Source: an uncultured Streptomycetaceae bacterium (GTDB taxonomy: Bacteria > Pseudomonadota > Gammaproteobacteria > Burkholderiales > SG8-41). Taken from it: a DNA stretch of 33,295 nucleotides. Every line of letters starts with the position of its first letter. Positions within the stretch are counted from its first letter, which is position 1. Location: positions 1 through 33,295 of the forward strand of contig CAYIRZ010000003.1 in the NCBI GenBank assembly GCA_964365845.1, read 5' to 3'. The notes beneath the pieces are model-generated. The model was not told the DNA's origin. It ran no database searches and saw only the letters and a program-made list of their open reading frames with translations. Below are positions 24,428 through 31,982 of this stretch, in pieces. The position numbers and the translations under genes were made by a program.

Positions 24428-25197
24428 AGCACCCCCGAAATTCCCCCGTCGAGATTGATGCTGCTGCCGGTCACATAGCTGGCCGCCTCGGAGGCGAGGA
24501 ATGCAATCACATTGGCGACTTCCGCCGCCTCGCCGACGCGCCCCAGCGGAATATCCTTGGCCATCTGCCCGTAATACTGGTCGGCGCTGATGCCGTCTTT
24601 CGTATAGCGCCGTTCATGCTGCCCGGATTTGATCTTGCCGATGCAGACGGTATTCACCAGGATGTTGTCGGCCGCATATTCCTTCGACAGCGCCTTGGTC
24701 AGCGCGAGCCCCGCCGCGCGCGATACCGAGGTCGGCATCGACCCCGCGCCCGGCTGTTTGGCACTCGAGATCGTGATGTTGATGATGCGGCCGCCACCCT
24801 GTTTCTTCATGTGGGGCACGGCCAGGCGCGTGCAGCGGATCGCGCCGAACAGTTTCAATTCGAGGTCCGCGCTCCAGGTGGCGTCGTCGACTTCGAGGAA
24901 CTTGCCGCGCGCCGAAGTGCCGGCATTGTTGACGAGGATATCAAGCCGTCCGAAGCGCTCGATCACGGCTTGCATGAAGCGCTCGATATCGGCGGTTTTG
25001 CTCATGTCGGCACTGACCGCCAGCGCCTCGGCGCCGGTTTTCCTGATCTCGTCCGCGGTCTTGTCGAGCAGTTCCGCGCGCCGGGCGCAGATCGCGACTT
25101 TTGCGCCTTCCTGCGCGAGCTTCAGCGCCGTTGCTTTGCCGATGCCTTCCGTGCCGCCGGTGACCACGGCGACTTTGCCTTTCAATCCCAGGTCCAT
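24424..25197 (-). CDS. SDR-family oxidoreductase (FabG-like fold, non-canonical active-site motif)
   Basis: 257 aa with the Rossmann motif VVTGGTEGIGKA and NNAG. The canonical YxxxK position reads TSVSR. The stop overlaps the TctC start (ATGA). Confidence 0.85.
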   Translation of the reverse strand: MDLGLKGKVAVVTGGTEGIGKATALKLAQEGAKVAICARRAELLDKTADEIRKTGAEALAVSADMSKTADIERFMQAVIERFGRLDILVNNAGTSARGKFLEVDDATWSADLELKLFGAIRCTRLAVPHMKKQGGGRIINITISSAKQPGAGSMPTSVSRAAGLALTKALSKEYAADNILVNTVCIGKIKSGQHERRYTKDGISADQYYGQMAKDIPLGRVGEAAEVANVIAFLASEAASYVTGSSINLDGGISGVL

Positions 25198-25370
25198 GAG
25201 TTTTTCCTTGATTTCTCGGTAATTATAGTTTTAACTGCGCGTATTTCCTGCTCCTGTCAGCCGCATGATTGTAACCGAATGCAATCTTATCGGCTGCGCC
25301 GAATCGGCGTAGCATATGCCCCGGGACGCAATGTTGTGGACGCGAATAAAGCGATCCCGGCAGTCAAGAC

Positions 25371-25468
25371 CTAGCAGCCTGTCGGACTTGGCCCCATTCA
25401 CCGGAACGCGTAGCGTTAGTGCTTTTCATTTTAGGAGTTTGTCGAACCCAAGTCCGACAAACTCCTAG
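25371..25468 (+). repeat. 98-bp CTAG-bounded element, copy C
   Basis: ctagcagcctgtcggacttggccccattcaccggaacgcgtagcgttagtgcttttcattttaggagtttgtcgaacccaagtccgacaaactcctag. Lies in the divergent region between the SDR and S1C/PDZ genes. Confidence 0.9.
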
Positions 25469-25498
25469 GTGTGTGATTCTTGCCCGCGAGGAACCGTC

Positions 25499-26551
25499 AT
25501 GAATAGATGTTTGGCGTTACAGCAGGAAACGTGGGGCAAGCGCGGTCTGCGAATGGCCGTCGTCGGGCTGCTTGCCTGCGCTGTTTTGCCGGGACCGTCC
25601 TTGGCGCAGGACGCCGCACCCAATCCGCCCGCGGCGCGTAACCAGCAGGAAATGTCGGTTGACGCGCTTTCCGTGGTGAAAGTGCGCAGCAAGATGGTTG
25701 CCAATGCACGCAGCTCGACCACGCTCGGCCAGCAGCGCGAAGGCACGGGGGTGGTCATCGATGCCCAGGGCCTGGTGATGACCATAGGCTATCTCGTCAT
25801 CGAGGCCGAAAACGTCGAATTGTCCACGGCCGACGGCAAGATCTTTCCGGCAACGGTCGTGGGTTATGACAATACGACCGGCCTGGGACTCCTGAAGGCG
25901 CTGACGCCGCTGCCCGTCAAGCCGGTCAACATCGGCGAGTCCGAGAGCGCCAAAGAGCGTGAGCTGGTGCTGATTGTCGGCTTCGACGGCGTGGCGCCGG
26001 CCTACATCGTGTCGAAGCGTCCTTTCGTGGGCCAGTGGGAGTATCTGCTCGACGAGGCGATCTACACGGCGCCGGCGACGGTCAACTGGAGCGGTGCCGC
26101 GCTGTTGAACCGCGAGGGCAAGCTGCTCGGCATCGGTTCGCTGGTGGTCGGCGACGCCATGGGCACGAGCAGCAATGTTCCCGGGAACATGTTCGTGCCG
26201 ATCGACATCATCAAGCCCGTGCTGGGCGACTTCATCGCCAACGGCAAATCGACATCGCGGCCGCGGCCGTGGATCGGCATCAATACCCAGGAAGTGCAGG
26301 GCAATCTGATCGTGACGCGGGTGTCGCCGGAAAGCCCCGCCGACGAGGCCGGGCTCAAGTCAGGTGACATCATTGTCGGCATGGGCGGACAGCCGATCAA
26401 GGGCCAGGCCGATTTCTACACCAGGTTGTGGGCGAGCGGCGGGGCCGGCGTGGACATTCCAGTCGATGTGCTCAAGGGCAACCGCGTCGAGAACTACAAG
26501 GTCAAATCGATAGACCGCAACCAGTACTTCCGGCCGAATCCGGTGTATTGA
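25499..26551 (+). CDS. Secreted S1C (HtrA/DegP-like) trypsin-fold + PDZ protein, predicted non-catalytic
   Basis: Track ORF 25469..26551. ATG 25499 has GAGGA upstream. Signal-like segment LRMAVVGLLACAVLPGPSLA/QDA. The HtrA core aligns without gaps, but the His and Asp positions are Tyr and Gly. PDZ-like C-terminus (VSPESPADEAGLKSGDIIVGMGG). Confidence 0.8.
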   Translation: MNRCLALQQETWGKRGLRMAVVGLLACAVLPGPSLAQDAAPNPPAARNQQEMSVDALSVVKVRSKMVANARSSTTLGQQREGTGVVIDAQGLVMTIGYLVIEAENVELSTADGKIFPATVVGYDNTTGLGLLKALTPLPVKPVNIGESESAKERELVLIVGFDGVAPAYIVSKRPFVGQWEYLLDEAIYTAPATVNWSGAALLNREGKLLGIGSLVVGDAMGTSSNVPGNMFVPIDIIKPVLGDFIANGKSTSRPRPWIGINTQEVQGNLIVTRVSPESPADEAGLKSGDIIVGMGGQPIKGQADFYTRLWASGGAGVDIPVDVLKGNRVENYKVKSIDRNQYFRPNPVY

Positions 26552-26557
26552 AAAGCC

Positions 26558-26630
26558 GTGATTCGTGGCTCGTGATTCGTGACTCGTTCAAAACCAACCA
26601 CGAACCACCAACCACCAACCTCCAACCACC
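26558..26630. repeat. Short-period repeat/hairpin tract between convergent genes
   Basis: gtgattcgtgg(ctc)gtgattcgtga ... ccacgaaccac, followed by (ccaac/ccacc)n. 26572-26582 can pair with 26598-26608 (10 of 11). No U-tract. Confidence 0.4.
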
Positions 26631-26634
26631 GTTC

Positions 26635-27801
26635 TTAGAACATTCCCATTCCGAGCATTCCGGTCGCAAGGTCCATTTGCTCGACCAGTTTTTTCCCGAC
26701 CAGGTTGCGCAGCGTTTCGGTGGTGCCGCCACCGAGACTGCCATAGCGCGTGCCGCGGAAGAAGCGCGATACCGCGAACTCGTCGGTGAAACCGTAGCCG
26801 CCGTGGATCTGAATCGCTTCACTGGTGACGCGGATACTCATCTCGTTGGTATAGATTTTCGCCATTGCCGCCAGCGTCGGATCGGGGAACTGGTCGCCGC
26901 TCACCGCGGCGCGGTAAAGCAGGCCGCGCGCGGCCTCGATCTGGATGTACATGTCGGCGACCTTCCAGCGCAGGCCCTGGAAATCACCGATTTTTTGGCC
27001 GAACGCTGAACGGTCGCGCATGTAGCGCACCGCTTCCTCGAGCGCGCCTTCGGCGAGCCCCAGGCAGATCGCCGGATTGAGGCAGCGCTGGGTGTTGAAG
27101 GCCGACAGCAGGCGCTTCATGCCGTTGTCGCGGAGCACCAGGTTTTCGAGCGGCAATTCGACGTTGTCGAACACCACTTCGGACAAATTTTCACCGCCCA
27201 TGGTATGAAAGCTCGCCTTGGCGGAAAGTCCCTTGATGCCGCCCGGCACCAGCACGCAGCCGATGCCGGCCGCGCCCGGCACATTATTGACGCGCGTGAA
27301 CACCACGAACATCTCGGCGATGTCGGCGCGCGAGATCAGCGTCTTGACGCCCTTGAGGATGACCCGATCGCCCCTGGTTTCGCAGTTGGTCCTGTAATTT
27401 GGCACATCGGTGCCGGCGTCGGGCTCGGTCATGCAGATGGCGAGTATGGCCTCGCCGGTTGCCACGCGCGGCAGGATTTTTTGCTTGATGGACTCGGGGG
27501 CGTAAGCCGCGATGACGCGGGTTTGCGTGCCGACCTCGCCCAGCGCCGCCATGGCCGTGACATAGCACACCTTGCCGATTTCCTCGAGCACCAGCACGGT
27601 ATCGAGAATGGACAATCCCGAACCGCCGTATTCCTGCGGCACCGCCATGCCGAGCACGCCGATCTCGGCGAGCCGCCGCATGTTTTCCGCGGGCCAGGTG
27701 CCGTCGAGATATTTGATCGCGCGCGGCGCGAATTCCTTCTGGCATACTTTGCGCACGGTGTCGACGAAAGCGCGCTGTTCTTCGGATATTTTAAAATCCA
27801 T
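26635..27801 (-). CDS. Acyl-CoA dehydrogenase-family flavoprotein (catalytic base not at canonical positions)
   Basis: 388 aa, MDFKISEEQRAFVDTVRKVCQKEFAP..., CMTEPDAGTD, QIHGGYGFTDEF: clear ACAD fold motifs. RBS AAAGAGG. Confidence 0.85.
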   Translation of the reverse strand: MDFKISEEQRAFVDTVRKVCQKEFAPRAIKYLDGTWPAENMRRLAEIGVLGMAVPQEYGGSGLSILDTVLVLEEIGKVCYVTAMAALGEVGTQTRVIAAYAPESIKQKILPRVATGEAILAICMTEPDAGTDVPNYRTNCETRGDRVILKGVKTLISRADIAEMFVVFTRVNNVPGAAGIGCVLVPGGIKGLSAKASFHTMGGENLSEVVFDNVELPLENLVLRDNGMKRLLSAFNTQRCLNPAICLGLAEGALEEAVRYMRDRSAFGQKIGDFQGLRWKVADMYIQIEAARGLLYRAAVSGDQFPDPTLAAMAKIYTNEMSIRVTSEAIQIHGGYGFTDEFAVSRFFRGTRYGSLGGGTTETLRNLVGKKLVEQMDLATGMLGMGMF

Positions 27802-27818
27802 TTGGTTACACCTCTTTA

Positions 27819-27952
27819 GCCACAGAGGACACAGAGATCACCGAGGTAGACCTTCACCCTTAATCCTCGGCCTGAGGAGGAGATGTGGGAAGGAGGCGAT
27901 ATGACCTTGCGCTCGCTGTTCTTTTCTCTGTGTCCTCTGTGTTCTCTGTGGC
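27819..27952. repeat. CACAGAG-TIR element, copy 2 (134 bp)
   Basis: The left end is gccacagaggacacagaga. The reverse complement of the right end is gccacagagaacacagaggacacagaga. Starts 18 nt upstream of the ACAD start codon, directly abutting its RBS. Confidence 0.7.
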
Positions 27953-28126
27953 AATGATTTTGATTTTATCAATGCCAGTGCGGCGGATAGCCGGAATTGC
28001 GCAAGTATAGGCTGCAAGCGGAACGCACATCAAACCCGATGTCCACCATTTGACGCCTCCCGGCCTGTATCCTAGACTTCCATGCCTACACCTGAAGCAT
28101 CGCTTAACACATCAACGAGGAATTCC

Positions 28127-29050
28127 ATGGATCAACCCCAAGCCAATGCAAAAATCACCGGCCAGGAACACTGGACCAAAAAGGGGGATATCAAGCTCTT
28201 TTTATGGGAAAAATTCGCCGGCAGCCCCGAAGGGAAAAAAGGCGCCGTGCTGTTCGTGCACGGCTCGTCGATGGCCTCGCAGCCCACTTTCGATCTCCAG
28301 GTGCCGGGCCGTCCGCATTCGTCGGCCATGGATTTTTTCGCGGGGCTGGGCTACGACACCTGGTGCGTCGACATGGAGGGCTACGGGCGCTCCGACAAAC
28401 ACCGCGATATCAGTTATGACATCGCCAACGGCGCCGACGACCTGGCCGCGGCGTCAGACTACATCATGAAAACCCGCGGCGTGAAGCAGTTCCTGGTGTA
28501 TGGCATTTCGTCGGGCGCGCTGCGCGCGGCCCTGTTCGCGCAGCGTCATCCCGAGCGCGTGCAGCGGCTCGCGCTCGACGCGTTCGTGTGGACCGGCAAA
28601 GGCAGCCCGACGCTTGAGGAGCGGACCAAGAAACTGGCGCAATGGCAGAGCATGGGCCGCCGCCCGATCGACCGCGCCTTCGTGCACAGCATATTCAACC
28701 GCGACCATCCGGGGTGCGCCGAAGAAAAAGTGGTCGAGGCTTTTGCCGACGCGATTCTTGCGCTCGATGATTCGGTGCCGACGGGCACCTACGTCGACAT
28801 GTGCTCGAAGCTGCCGGTGGTCGATCCGCAGAAAATCACCGTCCCGACCGTCGTCCTGCGCGGTGAGTTCGACGGCATCGCCGGCATTGACGATCTGCTC
28901 GAATTTTTCAAGCGCCTGCCCAATCCCGACAAACAGTTTTCGGTGATGGCGGGCATCTCGCACGCCAGCTTCCAGCAGATCAATTACCTGATGGTGTACC
29001 ACATACTGCATTCCTTTTTCGCCCAGCCGGAGCCCGTGTACCGCGGCTGA
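28127..29050 (+). CDS. Alpha/beta-fold hydrolase
   Basis: Track ORF 28082..29050. ATG 28127 is preceded by GAGGA. HGSS oxyanion region, nucleophile elbow GISSG and a C-terminal GISHA histidine. Confidence 0.8.
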   Translation: MDQPQANAKITGQEHWTKKGDIKLFLWEKFAGSPEGKKGAVLFVHGSSMASQPTFDLQVPGRPHSSAMDFFAGLGYDTWCVDMEGYGRSDKHRDISYDIANGADDLAAASDYIMKTRGVKQFLVYGISSGALRAALFAQRHPERVQRLALDAFVWTGKGSPTLEERTKKLAQWQSMGRRPIDRAFVHSIFNRDHPGCAEEKVVEAFADAILALDDSVPTGTYVDMCSKLPVVDPQKITVPTVVLRGEFDGIAGIDDLLEFFKRLPNPDKQFSVMAGISHASFQQINYLMVYHILHSFFAQPEPVYRG

Positions 29051-29145
29051 GCCGCGGCGAATGATTCAACGATGCGGCAGAACCCATCGTGCTAGGATTG
29101 TGTCAAAATAGGGACGCATGTCAAAAAAATCACGAGGAGAGTAAA

Positions 29146-30123
29146 TTGAAAATCAACAAGTTACGTTGCATCATCTCTGCGGTACTAGCGGGCACGACGT
29201 TGAGCCTGGTTGCCAATGCCGTCGCTCAGAGCTACCCCAGCAAGGCGGTGCGCATCATCGTGCCGTTCGGCGCAGGTGGCGGCACCGATATCCAGGGCCG
29301 GCTGCTCGGCAAGAAGTTCTATGAGAGCATGGGACAGACTTTCGTGGTCGATAACCGTCCGGGCGCGAGCGGCCTGCTCGGCGCCGAGCTTGCCGCCAAA
29401 TCGCCGCCCGACGGCTACACCATCCTGTTTACCACAGCTTCGCTGTCGGTGAACGTCAGCCTTTACAAGAAAGTGCCCCTGGATCCGCTCAAGGACCTGC
29501 TGCCGATCAGCTGGATCTCCTCGGTGCCGTTGGTGCTGGTCGCGCATCCCAGCGTGCCGGTTAAGTCAGCGAAGGAGCTGATTGCGCTTGCCAAGAAACG
29601 CGCCGGAAAAATGAATGTCGCGTCCAACGGCAGCGGCACCACCAGCCATCTGTCGATCGAGATGCTGAAGCAGTTTGCCGGCGTCGACGTGACGCACATC
29701 CCGTACAAGGGGGGCGGCCCGGCGATTACGGCGCTGATCGGCGGCGAGGTCGATTTTACGTTTGCCACCGCGCTTGCCGCGCAACCGTATGTCAAGTCCG
29801 GCAGAGTCAGGGCGCTCGCAGTGACGACGGGCAAAAAGTCGGCTGCTTTTCCCGACCTGCCGACGATGGCTTCGATCTACCCCGGTTTCGAGTCCGACAA
29901 CTGGTATGCGATGTTCTTCCCGGCGGGAACGCCGAAGGAGATCGTCGCCAAGATGAATGCGGAAATCCTCAAGGCGCTCAAGGCACCCGAGGTCCGTAAT
30001 TTCATGGAAAAAGAAGGCGCCGATCCCGTGGGCAGCACGCCCGAGGAGCTGACGGCCTACTTCAAGCGCGAGATTGACAAGTACGCGAAGGTCATCAAGG
30101 CCGGCAATATCACGGTCGAGTAA
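29146..30123 (+). CDS. Bug/TctC-family periplasmic solute-binding protein
   Basis: Track ORF 29089..30123. The likely start is TTG 29146 after GAGGAG. Signal peptide, YPSKAVRIIVPFGAGGGTDIQGRL...VVDNRPGASG and PYKGG motifs. Confidence 0.85.
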   Translation: MKINKLRCIISAVLAGTTLSLVANAVAQSYPSKAVRIIVPFGAGGGTDIQGRLLGKKFYESMGQTFVVDNRPGASGLLGAELAAKSPPDGYTILFTTASLSVNVSLYKKVPLDPLKDLLPISWISSVPLVLVAHPSVPVKSAKELIALAKKRAGKMNVASNGSGTTSHLSIEMLKQFAGVDVTHIPYKGGGPAITALIGGEVDFTFATALAAQPYVKSGRVRALAVTTGKKSAAFPDLPTMASIYPGFESDNWYAMFFPAGTPKEIVAKMNAEILKALKAPEVRNFMEKEGADPVGSTPEELTAYFKREIDKYAKVIKAGNITVE

Positions 30124-30164
30124 TCCGGCGCGGCCATCGCGACCGCGGCCTGGTCATATTGCAG

Positions 30165-30190
30165 AACGGGGCATTTCGCCCCGTTTTTTT
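30165..30190 (+). terminator. Rho-independent terminator
   Basis: AACGGGGC-atttc-GCCCCGTT followed by a T-run (to 30190), 42 nt after the TctC stop. Confidence 0.75.
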
Positions 30191-30293
30191 GCGTCGCGCG
30201 GCCGGGCGACAGCCGGCTGCGATAAAATTGAGGCAGACTCTAACGCGCTACATCAGGCAGCACATTAGCCGCACACGCAAAGGGGATACACGC

Positions 30294-30920
30294 ATGCCGG
30301 AATTCGATGCCGCGACGCTGGCGTGGCAGGACCAGTACAAGCTGATGATCGGCAGCGTGACGCCGCGGCCGATCGCGCTGGTGACGACGCTGGGGGCAAA
30401 CGGCCCTAACGCCGCGCCTTTCAGTTTTTTCAACGCTATCGGCTCTCCGCCGCCGATGGTGATGTTCTCGGTCGGCGACAAGGAAACCGGCGCCAAGGAC
30501 ACGGTGCGGAACATCCGGGAAATTCCCGAGTTCGTGGTGCATATCGTCAGCGACGCGATCAAGGACAAGATGAACATCTGCGCCGTCGATTATCCGCGCG
30601 GCGTGAACGAGATCGACGAGGCCGGCTTCACCGCCGTGCCGTCGCGCAAGGTGCGCCCGCCGCGCATCCTCGAAGCGCCGATCGCGCTCGAATGCAAGCT
30701 GATGCAAATCCTGGAACTCGGCGCCAAGCCCTATCACCTCGTGATCGGCGAAGTCGTCTACTTCCATTACCACGACGGCATCGTCAACGAGCGCTTCCAT
30801 GTCGACGTGGGCCGCGTCAATCCTATCGGCCGTCTCGCGGGCAAGGGCGGCTACACGCGCATCACCGACCGTTTCGAGATGCCGCGCATCACGCCTGGGG
30901 GCACGGGCAAGGGAGACTGA
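30294..30920 (+). CDS. Flavin reductase-like FMN-binding split-barrel protein
   Basis: Track ORF 30159..30920. ATG 30294 is preceded by AAGGGGA. MPEFDAATLAWQDQYKLMIGSVTPRPIALVTT...NAAPFSFFN is typical of the flavin reductase-like domain family. Confidence 0.8.
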   Translation: MPEFDAATLAWQDQYKLMIGSVTPRPIALVTTLGANGPNAAPFSFFNAIGSPPPMVMFSVGDKETGAKDTVRNIREIPEFVVHIVSDAIKDKMNICAVDYPRGVNEIDEAGFTAVPSRKVRPPRILEAPIALECKLMQILELGAKPYHLVIGEVVYFHYHDGIVNERFHVDVGRVNPIGRLAGKGGYTRITDRFEMPRITPGGTGKGD

Positions 30921-30923
30921 TCG

Positions 30924-31886
30924 ATGCGATTTTCATGGTTGCCGGCGTTGTGCTGCGCCGTACTGGTTGCGGGCGCGGCTTCGGCGCAGCCCTATCCCCA
31001 GCGGCCGATACGCCTGGTGGTGCCTTATGCGGCAGGCGGATCGACCGATACCGTGGCCCGCATTGTCGGGCAGCGGCTTTCGGAGCGCCTGGGTCAACAG
31101 GTGGTGGTGGACAACCGCACTGGCGCGGGCACGCTGATCGGCACCGGGATCGTCGCCCAGGCGGCGCCCGACGGCTATACGCTGCTGATGGCGACGCCGC
31201 CGCTGGCGGTCAATCCCACGCTGTACAGGAAAGTGCCGTACGTGCTGGAGCGCGATTTCGCCGCGGTGACCAACATCGCCGCATCGAGCAACCTGCTGGT
31301 CGTCCATCTTTCCCTGCCGGCGCATTCGGTCAGGGAATTGATTGCGCTGCTCAAGGCGAATCCCGGCAAATACAACTACGGTTCGAGCGGCGTCGGCGGC
31401 GCATCTCATCTGGCAACCGCACTTTTTACCAGCATGGCGGGTGTCGATGCGGTGCATGTGCCCTACAAGGGCGGCGCGCCGGCGGTCGCCGATCTCGTCG
31501 CCGGGCGGCTTAACTTCATGATGGCCAACCTCACCACCGCGCAGCCGCACATCCGCGCCGGGCGGCTGCGTGCGCTGGGCGTGGGCACGAAGCAGCGTAC
31601 GCCGCTTTTTCCGGAAATGCCGACGCTGGCGGAATCCGGCGTGCCCGGTTACGAAGCCAACAACTGGAACGGCATGGTCGTGCCGCGCGGCACGCCGCGT
31701 GCCGTCGTTGAGCGTCTACACAAAGAAGTGGTTGCCATGCTTGGAGAACCGGCTGTTGCCGAGCGGCTGATCCGCGCCGGACTCGATCCGATCGGCGATA
31801 CGCCCGCAGAATTTGCAAAATATCTGAAAGCCGAAGCCGGCAAGTGGGATAAAGTCATCAAGTCTGCGGGTATCAAGGTGGAGTGA
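30924..31886 (+). CDS. Bug/TctC-family periplasmic solute-binding protein
   Basis: 320 aa with a signal peptide, YPQRPIRLVVPYAAGGSTDTVARI...VVDNRTGAG and PYKGG motifs. Starts 3 nt after the flavin reductase stop. Confidence 0.88.
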   Translation: MRFSWLPALCCAVLVAGAASAQPYPQRPIRLVVPYAAGGSTDTVARIVGQRLSERLGQQVVVDNRTGAGTLIGTGIVAQAAPDGYTLLMATPPLAVNPTLYRKVPYVLERDFAAVTNIAASSNLLVVHLSLPAHSVRELIALLKANPGKYNYGSSGVGGASHLATALFTSMAGVDAVHVPYKGGAPAVADLVAGRLNFMMANLTTAQPHIRAGRLRALGVGTKQRTPLFPEMPTLAESGVPGYEANNWNGMVVPRGTPRAVVERLHKEVVAMLGEPAVAERLIRAGLDPIGDTPAEFAKYLKAEAGKWDKVIKSAGIKVE

Positions 31887-31982
31887 TCGGCGGGCTCGTG
31901 TCCTTTCTGCGCGAAGTCTATTTCGCGACCCACACGCTGCGCATCGGACCGCCGCAATAACTAACCTGAGGTTCGGTTTACC

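Noticed and set aside
26626-26640. Irr ICE-box-like palindrome gTTCTTAGAAc
   Set aside because: It overlaps the ACAD stop codon and C-terminal codons between convergent genes, not a promoter. It matches only part of the ICE consensus.
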